A DNA stretch of 64,000 nucleotides from an uncultured Gammaproteobacteria bacterium (GTDB taxonomy: Bacteria > Patescibacteriota > Microgenomatia > UBA8517), in assembly GCA_964502815.1 (NCBI GenBank), contig CAZCXV010000002.1:22802-86801 (forward strand), written 5' to 3'. Position 1 is the stretch's first letter. Every line of letters begins with the position of its first letter. Shown here in pieces: positions 56,101 to 62,650 of the stretch. The position numbers were made by a program, and so were the translations under genes. Below the pieces are notes generated by a model. It was not told the DNA's origin. It did no database searches and was given only the letters and a program-made list of their open reading frames with translations.

Positions 56101-57510
56101 AACATTATATTTATGTGAACTTTCATATTCGCCATAAGAAGCTATCAAGACCAAATTTCTTATTGTCTCTGGAGTTGGATATTTAGCTAGCAATTTTATT
56201 TCTCCACCAACAGTAGAACCTGCATGTAGTGAAGACTTTAGTGCATCTTGGTATATTTTTTCGTCAATTTTTTCCAATTGATCATCTCCAAATATAGCAT
56301 TTACTTCAGAGTTTGCCTGCAAAATTTCCCAAAAACTCAAATTTGCAGGACTTTTAACAATATGTTCTGCAGATATTTCCTCTATTTTTACCGTTTCGGG
56401 ATTACTACTTACTCTCGACCCCGGCCTACCCAGTCTTTTATATTTAGTTCCAGTTGCTGTTGCTATTATTTGTTCCCGGTCAAAATCTGAAAGTATAAGG
56501 TTTATGCCCTCCGATTCATAGGCTATTTTTTTGATGTCTTCGACAAACAAACTTCCCACCATTCTTCTTAATACCGAGATATCAGATTTTTTAGTAACAA
56601 GGGTTGTCCATTCCAAGACTAAATAGCCGTTCCACAATAACGAATTTTCTCCCAAACTTTGTCTTAATTCATTAAGTTCCCTCTCTGCTTCCAAATCATT
56701 TCTCAATACTATCTGGCTAGCCATTTTTAGGGAACTAACTATTTCTTCTTCACGGCCTTGATAGATTTTATATTCTTTACACCACTTAGACAATAAAGGT
56801 ACAACACATTTGTCTATATATTCCTCCCTAACTTGAGGGATAATATTAGGACTATTTTCTAGTTCTGTCATATATTGTAAATATTGACCCCGAACTTGTT
56901 GCACTTCTCTAACAACTTCATTTTCAATGACTTCTTCTTGAAATCTCCTAATTGGAGTGCCTATATTTTGATATCTAGCAGCTTCTTCACGCAATTTTTT
57001 CCTCTCAATTCTCAAAGCATCAATTTGATTTTCCAAAACCAAAGCTCCAGGCTGTCCTTCTAGTCCCTTTTCCCATATTTCTTCGTTCAAAGAATTTATT
57101 TTTTCCGATATTCGGTTTGCTTGATAATTTCTCTTTGCCTCCCAGGCTTCAACCAATTCAGCTGTTTTAGAACCTGTCTCTAGTGCCTTTTCCACTGCAT
57201 CTCCTCTAAGATTATTTTTATCGATTTTCAATAAATACTCTGCTGACTGCTGCAACAGGTTGATTGAAGGTAAATCCATTGTTTCCACTTCTTCTAAATC
57301 TAATCTTGATTGAGACAAAGCAACTAATCTTCCTATCCTATCTTGGCTGGGAAACACCTTTGACCTTATCTCTGCGAGTCTTTGTCTTAATGGATGCTCT
57401 TCTGAAAAAGTTTTCAATTCGTTCTCGGGCTTAAGAACAGAGTCGGTGTTATTCTCTGACATGTTTAATTTTACAATACATTTGAAGCTATCTCTCAGCA
57501 GTGACCTCAA
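53188..57510 (-). CDS. giant hypothetical protein (1440 aa, cytoplasmic, coiled-coil/alpha-helical repeat-like)
   Basis: Uninterrupted 4.3-kb ORF, no signal peptide/TM, no Walker motifs found by eye. E/K-rich predicted coiled-coil stretches and HEAT-like helical repeats. Start overlaps the upstream 760-aa gene stop by 23 nt. Confidence 0.5.
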   Translation of the reverse strand: MRSLLRDSFKCIVKLNMSENNTDSVLKPENELKTFSEEHPLRQRLAEIRSKVFPSQDRIGRLVALSQSRLDLEEVETMDLPSINLLQQSAEYLLKIDKNNLRGDAVEKALETGSKTAELVEAWEAKRNYQANRISEKINSLNEEIWEKGLEGQPGALVLENQIDALRIERKKLREEAARYQNIGTPIRRFQEEVIENEVVREVQQVRGQYLQYMTELENSPNIIPQVREEYIDKCVVPLLSKWCKEYKIYQGREEEIVSSLKMASQIVLRNDLEAERELNELRQSLGENSLLWNGYLVLEWTTLVTKKSDISVLRRMVGSLFVEDIKKIAYESEGINLILSDFDREQIIATATGTKYKRLGRPGSRVSSNPETVKIEEISAEHIVKSPANLSFWEILQANSEVNAIFGDDQLEKIDEKIYQDALKSSLHAGSTVGGEIKLLAKYPTPETIRNLVLIASYGEYESSHKYNVSAVNTALNELSKRSDWQQIIDAAITKYPGLENNRKVLEGWILGGSDRIVSLGSRKAEEFAISILTNVEDRNPELLSLAAETLRTQTLADLLISRGTISQQEAASLFETDNKLLEIEKTMDAMRDGRPKLKGWVDIKSFYFQKLLRDKLLFMVVESEIGDRIGQKDALIRLQRVISLSAEIYENQQKLEILRYLTSQEVTNAIRNTEIELEGIFSIPKYAKSLLGEKMSEIWNFVFSNHGELMETTEDVKFLGRLIGEFGQKSDSIIRGYKECLDAGVIDQSERSLIIEFAKQFRVITPGIVEAYKQAKQNGSEKMFMVQLKGLAEKMTGEEIISEEERKKPFYKDLLRHVYAENASGWSSYTENEKCEDRSQDLAKYKIDPRYEIDLLSQAEIRVKDGQQLNLQVHENIQTPIYAVADQMKDFNYDKQKAMELLIVNLDETLAQIVEIGGLQSVNLAEVKTAEEKLFLVLSDSIYGTKSLDPEVIKSLIIKYEFAEFEDIADYIAGTRDRVGIANNPQYALLCELETFYADRIKEVHRRIVQFAWENKTIADAMPEYFKKLSEEASSSERQDEINRLQIDRLGLSDSFARQVVKILSSAEKIKKNMEVVPNRIPFFNVIIPAAQVLDDIANIDNEISRVQKNIGKAGAIKIVDERKEKIKQLEEDRNGLRKKKEELEIQWQEMRPSIDRIVDRYESFVDYLSNDKTESPKARTKAFYAQLRSQREKTLAAYKLITNGEIDSGTHLGEINLQEALNVEANIRSGKYDDEQFASYTAQRFIDIFELERLAIQDELEKFESLSGKQREVLYGYISKTKETANARMVGGVCVSGDEEMWNMPEYLQLVFKDPETAICQGLVLMHAYEENGQKLLSVSFNPSSTYLYSVDEEALFVGIIKKVEQFANNNDFDKILVSKNTAIRTNRTGGGFEKAIEKRISEVGKSYKFQTTKRFSYNPPYMIDDMDVLWEKNTSS

Positions 57511-59719
57511 TATTAATATTTTTGGTCACTCTAGGTAAGGCTCCAAGACGTCCAGGAAGTTTAGGAGTTGGCTTAATGACTACTCTCGAGAAGCTGGCAA
57601 TAGAACTTAAGTAATCTTGGGTGAACTTTGGCGACTTGCCAGTAATCTTTTTGGCAACTTCATCAGGGTTAATTGAAGGCAGTAAATTTGCAGAAACTTT
57701 CATTTCAACTTCAATTATTCCACCTTTGTTACTTTTGACTGTAAATTCGTTTTCAATTTGTTCATCCCGTAAGACAAAGCCATCTGGCACACTTTCCGCA
57801 AGTAAAGACTTTGATAGCTTAAGCAAATCCTCTTTGGACACTACTGGGGCAGAAGCGTTGCCTTTTAGGGTTAATTTTAAATCCTTAGCTTCATCCCCAA
57901 CTTTGTGGTTGAAGTCCTTTTGGTCAGTGGCGACAGAAGTTGCATCACCAATAATAATTTGACTGTCTTCCAAAGTTTCGTTTATGGCTGATTTACCTTT
58001 TTCTTCCAGCTCCTTGGTTACTTTTTCTTCCAAGCTTTCCCTGTCATCAGCAGAAACTGCCTGAATGTCTCTACTTGAGCCCCCACTAAAGGCACTGTCG
58101 GCAACACCGTCCACTTCGCTCTTTGGGTAATTTCCCACCTTAAATGATTCTCCTTTTGCCAAATTTGATTCCGATCCAATTGCTTCGGCAATAGCTTCAA
58201 CAGTTGTCATCCCGGGGCTGGTAGGCGAAGTTGCCGCCGATATAGACGCGGATTGGAGAGGGATAAATTTCAAGTTACTACTACTCAAAAGAACTGTTGT
58301 TGCAGTTAATTTTACAGGAGTTGCAGTCCCGTTTCTAACTTGGACCTTTCCTTTGGCTTTTTCACCAACAGTTTTGGTACCAGTAGCTATTACCTCGCCT
58401 TGGGCAGACACTTCTTTAGTAACCATTTTTCCAGTTAAAGTGTTTGAACCAGTTGCAGACCCAGATCCAGTATTAATAAAAACGTTTTGTGTCTTTGAAA
58501 TCTCTTTTGGTGAAACATAGATAATAACCTCGGCCTTTGGCAAAAACCACCAGGCGGCAAATAGGCCAACAAATAAAATAACTAAGGCAAGAGCTCCAAA
58601 TTTAAAAGGTTTGTCATTAGCCATTAAACTATCCAAATGAGTTGGCCCACTCATGGCTTTAAGAGCCACTTTCGGTAATTTTAATTCAGACTTATTTTTA
58701 AGCTTTCTCAATAATCTTCCTAGAAAAACCAGGGGGGTAAACTTTTTTACTTGGTGAACAGATTCTTCTTTGTGAATGGCAAACTCTGAAGGTTGATTAT
58801 GACTATATAAATCTTTGGTTTGTGGTCTATCCTCAAAATTATCTCCAATATCTTGACCAAGAGAAAAACCCAGCTCACGAGGATCCACTGTTTGGCTTTC
58901 AAGATTGGCTGCCTCTTTAGGAATACTTTCAGTTTCCTTAAATGTTGGCAAACTTTGACCAATCTGTTTTTTAACCAATCCTTGTACGCTTTGAGCTCCG
59001 GCAATTTCAGATGCTCCTGCAAGACTGACCGCAACTATTTTTTCTTCTGGATCAATCATTTCAATTTTTGGCGTATGCAGAAACTTCACTTTTTCATTAC
59101 CTGTCCAATCTGCTTGCGAAAGCGCATCTCTACCAAACTCCAATTCACTAATTTTTCCATCGTAGACAATAAATCTTGACGGATAATGCTCTTCAACCGG
59201 AAATCTGGTTAATCCTTCGGTTACATCTTCGACCAAAGACAAACTTCTGGCAACACTGACATTGCCGACTAAATTCCCAAGCTTAAACAAAGAGACATCT
59301 AAATATTCCTTTCCAAAACCAATTAATATTCCAGTTAAAGGCGAGCCCTCTTGACTTTTGATATAGTAGGCAAGGGCTTCGGGCAAAACTACAAAACCTG
59401 AAGGTTCGAGAGAAAGTTTGGAACAAACAACTCTAATCTTTTCTAGGTATTCAGGCTTAATGTTGCCCTCTGCCACCCAGGAAGAAGGTATGCCAAAAAC
59501 AACTTTAGACGGTTCTTCTTCGCTTTCAGGAAAATCATTGATTGCGTCAGACAAGGAAGTGTCAACTGACGTAACTAAGTCTTCATCACTTTCCCAATAA
59601 ACAGGTGTTGAGGCAGCAATTATCTTGGCAATTTTTCCATCCTCGCCCTCTTGGGTTGTCCAAATTGAAGCTTGCACCCAGCCTGTTTCAATTGTTAGTG
59701 TCCAGTAATATTCGGGCAT
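57488..59719 (-). CDS. bitopic membrane protein: degenerate actin-like (FtsA/PilM-like) cytoplasmic N-domain, 1 TM, long Ser/Thr/Gly-rich extracytoplasmic C-domain
   Basis: N-terminal LTIETGWVQASIW (phosphate-1-like) and TGILIGFGKEYLDVSLFKLGNLVGNV (phosphate-2-like, DxGxG degenerated) suggest an ASKHA fold. TM at FGALALVILFVGLFAAWWFL; C-terminal 370 aa low-complexity S/T/G-rich, no LPXTG. Confidence 0.5.
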   Translation of the reverse strand: MPEYYWTLTIETGWVQASIWTTQEGEDGKIAKIIAASTPVYWESDEDLVTSVDTSLSDAINDFPESEEEPSKVVFGIPSSWVAEGNIKPEYLEKIRVVCSKLSLEPSGFVVLPEALAYYIKSQEGSPLTGILIGFGKEYLDVSLFKLGNLVGNVSVARSLSLVEDVTEGLTRFPVEEHYPSRFIVYDGKISELEFGRDALSQADWTGNEKVKFLHTPKIEMIDPEEKIVAVSLAGASEIAGAQSVQGLVKKQIGQSLPTFKETESIPKEAANLESQTVDPRELGFSLGQDIGDNFEDRPQTKDLYSHNQPSEFAIHKEESVHQVKKFTPLVFLGRLLRKLKNKSELKLPKVALKAMSGPTHLDSLMANDKPFKFGALALVILFVGLFAAWWFLPKAEVIIYVSPKEISKTQNVFINTGSGSATGSNTLTGKMVTKEVSAQGEVIATGTKTVGEKAKGKVQVRNGTATPVKLTATTVLLSSSNLKFIPLQSASISAATSPTSPGMTTVEAIAEAIGSESNLAKGESFKVGNYPKSEVDGVADSAFSGGSSRDIQAVSADDRESLEEKVTKELEEKGKSAINETLEDSQIIIGDATSVATDQKDFNHKVGDEAKDLKLTLKGNASAPVVSKEDLLKLSKSLLAESVPDGFVLRDEQIENEFTVKSNKGGIIEVEMKVSANLLPSINPDEVAKKITGKSPKFTQDYLSSIASFSRVVIKPTPKLPGRLGALPRVTKNINIEVTAER

Positions 59720-61463
59720 ATATTCTTCTGATGCCAGCCGAGGCTGACTCTTCTTTATATATCTTAACACGCCCGTTAATTTCTTTCAGGTTAGTGACAT
59801 GCGGACCACCACAGACTTCTTTTGAAAAAAATTCACCTCGAGGGTCACCTATTGTATAGACTTTTACTTTTTCTCCATACCTTTCACCAAAAAAGGCTAC
59901 TGCACCCTCTTTAATTGCTTCAGCTAAGGTTTTTACTTCGTAAGACACAGGTAGTTCTCTTTTGATTTCTTGGTTAACTAAATCCTCAATTTCTTTTAGC
60001 TGTTCAAGCGTTAACTTTTCAGAGTGGGTAAAATCAAACCTTAACCTTTCAGCTGTGATATTACTGCCTTTTTGAGAAACATGATTTCCAAGTACCCTTC
60101 TTAAAGCTGCATGAATCAGATGTGTTGCAGTATGAAGACTTGTTGTTTCTTTGGAGTGATCTGCAAGTCCCCCTTTAAAAGTTCCGCTAGATGCAGTCCT
60201 AGATATATCTTGGTGTTTGGAAAATTCCTTTTTAAATTCTTCAACATCAACTTCCTGGCCTTTCTCTTGGAAAAGTTCTATCGTTAATTCCAAAGGAAAA
60301 CCATAAGTTTGATATAGATCAAAAGCGATCTTGCCATCAATCTTGGCAATTTTTTCTACCTCTTTCAGGCCTTTTGAAAGCGTGACTAAGAACTTTTTCT
60401 CTTCACTTTTGATGGTATTTATAATCTCAGCTTGCTTCTCAATGAGTTGTTTATAATCCTGGCCGTAAATAGAAATGACTGCCTTGGCTATTGGGCTTAA
60501 AAACTCCTCATGAACTCCAAGTTTTTTTCCAAACCTAGCAGCTCGTCTTATTAATCTTCTTAAGATATAACCTCTTTCTTTGTTTGAAGGAAAAATACCC
60601 TCAGAAATTACAAAAACGGATGCTCTAACGTGATCGGCAACAATCCGGTGCTCTTTTTTGTTGTCCACATATGTCGTATTTGTAACTTCAGCAACCTTTT
60701 TTAGAATATCTCCCCAAACAGAATCAACTTGATAATTGTCGTCAAAACCAGAAAAAACTGCGCAAGTTCTTTCAACTCCCATGCCGGTATCAACATTTTT
60801 TTGCTTTAAAGGTTCAAATTTTCCTTCTGTAGTTTTGTTGTATTGCATAAAAACATTATTCCAAATTTCAAAAAACCTTCCACAGCCGTCTCCAGGTTTG
60901 CAACCTGATCCATGGGGAACTCCAGTTGCATCGTAAAAGATTTCTGAGTCCGGGCCACAAGGCCCGGTGTGGCCTGCAGGTCCCCACCAGTTGTCTTTTT
61001 TTGGAAAAAAGTAGATTCTTTCATCAGGGATACCCAATTTCTTCCAAATATTTGCTGATTCTTCATCTTTAGGGGCATCATTATCCCCTTCAAAACAAGT
61101 CACCCAAAGCTTATTTGGATCTGCACCTAATTCACCAACCAAAAACTCATATGACCAAGTTAGAGACTCTTTTTTCCAATAGTCTCCCAAAGACCAATTA
61201 CCTAGCATTTCAAAGAAAGTGTTGTGACTGGTGTCGCCCACCTCATCAATATCGTCAGTCCTGAGGCAAAGTTGGTTATCAACAATCCTTTTTCCCCCAG
61301 GATGAACTTCTCCTAAAAGATATGGAACCAGGGGATGCATGCCTGCAGTAGTAAACAAGACTGTAGGGTCATTTTCTGGCACCAAAGAAGCAGAAGGGAT
61401 AATGGTGTGTCCCTTTTTTTTAAAATAATTAAGATATTTTTCAATTAATTCACGTCTATTCAT
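59688..61463 (-). CDS. alaS: alanine--tRNA ligase, short form lacking the C-Ala domain
   Basis: Class II core FTTAGMHPLVPY (motif 2 region), FFEMLGNWS, editing-domain HTATHLIHAAL...CGGPHV; 591 aa ending right after the editing domain. Confidence 0.9.
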   Translation of the reverse strand: MNRRELIEKYLNYFKKKGHTIIPSASLVPENDPTVLFTTAGMHPLVPYLLGEVHPGGKRIVDNQLCLRTDDIDEVGDTSHNTFFEMLGNWSLGDYWKKESLTWSYEFLVGELGADPNKLWVTCFEGDNDAPKDEESANIWKKLGIPDERIYFFPKKDNWWGPAGHTGPCGPDSEIFYDATGVPHGSGCKPGDGCGRFFEIWNNVFMQYNKTTEGKFEPLKQKNVDTGMGVERTCAVFSGFDDNYQVDSVWGDILKKVAEVTNTTYVDNKKEHRIVADHVRASVFVISEGIFPSNKERGYILRRLIRRAARFGKKLGVHEEFLSPIAKAVISIYGQDYKQLIEKQAEIINTIKSEEKKFLVTLSKGLKEVEKIAKIDGKIAFDLYQTYGFPLELTIELFQEKGQEVDVEEFKKEFSKHQDISRTASSGTFKGGLADHSKETTSLHTATHLIHAALRRVLGNHVSQKGSNITAERLRFDFTHSEKLTLEQLKEIEDLVNQEIKRELPVSYEVKTLAEAIKEGAVAFFGERYGEKVKVYTIGDPRGEFFSKEVCGGPHVTNLKEINGRVKIYKEESASAGIRRIYARILLDTNN

Positions 61464-61519
61464 GCCTTGAATTATACCTCACCTTGTTTTTTTGTGCATT
61501 TTTGGTATTATCTACATCA

Positions 61520-61771
61520 ATGAAAGAAACAGATATTAGGGATATCTCCAAAGATAGATTCGATGTATGTAGTCGTTGTACTCTTAAAAAGAGTACAATA
61601 TCCCTTGCACTTAACGAAATCCCAAATCTAAGTGAAACACATGCAGTCTCAAATAGTTGTAAACTCAATGGAGAAGGACAATCAATGGCAACTGTAATTG
61701 TTTATTCCAATTTGGGCAAGAAGCAAGTCATTGTAGACACTTCTGGTAATTGCGAAAACTTTAATTCCTAG
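61520..61771 (+). CDS. possible leaderless small protein (83 aa, Cys-containing); alternatively non-coding alaS upstream region
   Basis: Extended -10 TGgTATTAT (61503-61511) 8 nt before the ATG at 61520; ORF contains a perfect 19-nt palindrome (61578-61596), which is unusual for coding sequence. Confidence 0.2.
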   Translation: MKETDIRDISKDRFDVCSRCTLKKSTISLALNEIPNLSETHAVSNSCKLNGEGQSMATVIVYSNLGKKQVIVDTSGNCENFNS

Positions 61772-62010
61772 ATTCTATTCTCTCCATGGGAGCTGACATC
61801 TTTGCCTTTTCTAAACATTGAAAGAATCCCGGTTAGTTTTTCTGGCCTAATAAGTCCTCCACCAAGGATTGCGTCCTCAAGGATTGAGTTTAGTCTTTTT
61901 ATTGATTTTCTTAGATCAATTATTACCATCACAATCTGCACTCCAACAATAGCCAGAAGCCCGGTAAGGGAGACTACTACAATTACAAGTAAAGTTTGTA
62001 TACCATCCAT
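61768..62010 (-). CDS. small membrane protein, DUF948/YtxG-like
   Basis: N-terminal TM (TLLVIVVVSLTGLLAIVGVQIVMVII) followed by a short helical region; architecture and size typical of DUF948. Confidence 0.35.
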   Translation of the reverse strand: MDGIQTLLVIVVVSLTGLLAIVGVQIVMVIIDLRKSIKRLNSILEDAILGGGLIRPEKLTGILSMFRKGKDVSSHGENRI

Positions 62011-62012
62011 AA

Positions 62013-62642
62013 TTAGTTTTTCAATTGTACGGTAATAACCCGCACAATGGTAGTTTCTTTTCCACTTCTTGACCTTGCAACTATCTCAATTTTTTGGGTG
62101 TCTTGATTTACCTCAATTTCGGTTGTAAATTTGCCGTCATCTGTCACCAATGCCTGCTGATTATTTATTTTAATTGTTGCTCCAGGATCAGTTTTTCCCT
62201 CCACCTGCAAATTACCAATATTAACAACCTGAGCTTCACCAGGTTTTATTACTTCTAACTTTGGAGAACTTGTAAAGCCAATATATTGCATTACCAAATA
62301 GCCTAGAATTGCCAGTAAAATAATTGTTGTCCCGGTTATAAAAGTCAATCTTGGCGTCCAAACAAATTTATTTTCTACATCGGGCTTTGGGGTAAGTGAA
62401 AGTTTCGTTGGTGGATAATCTCTTCTCAAAAAAGCCAGAGCTTGGTCAGAACTTAACTCCAGAGAATCGGCAACTGATCTTACAAAACCCCTGACTACAG
62501 GGTACTCGGGCAGAGTTTGCCAATCTTCACTTTCCAAGGCCTGCAAAAAATCTTTTTTAATTTTTGTCAATCCTTCCAAATGCGCTTTGGAATATGATTT
62601 TTTCATTCTTGCCTCTTTAAGAAGCTGACCTATTGTTACCAT
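62013..62642 (-). CDS. rodZ: RodZ-like protein (N-terminal HTH, TM, C-terminal beta domain)
   Basis: HTH MVTIGQLLKEARMKKSYSKAHLEGLTKIKKDFLQALE, TM LTFITGTTIILLAILGYLVM, C-terminal extracytoplasmic domain. Confidence 0.5.
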   Translation of the reverse strand: MVTIGQLLKEARMKKSYSKAHLEGLTKIKKDFLQALESEDWQTLPEYPVVRGFVRSVADSLELSSDQALAFLRRDYPPTKLSLTPKPDVENKFVWTPRLTFITGTTIILLAILGYLVMQYIGFTSSPKLEVIKPGEAQVVNIGNLQVEGKTDPGATIKINNQQALVTDDGKFTTEIEVNQDTQKIEIVARSRSGKETTIVRVITVQLKN

Positions 62643-62650
62643 AATTCTTT

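Noticed and set aside
61456-61668. 70-aa minus-strand ORF overlapping the alaS start region
   Set aside because: Overlaps the alaS 5' end in another frame with no independent support.
61464-61767. T-box riboswitch upstream of alaS
   Set aside because: Searched both strands for the T-box core (AGGGUGGNACCGCG, or its complement CGCGGTNCCACCCT) and for a specifier/antiterminator layout; none present.
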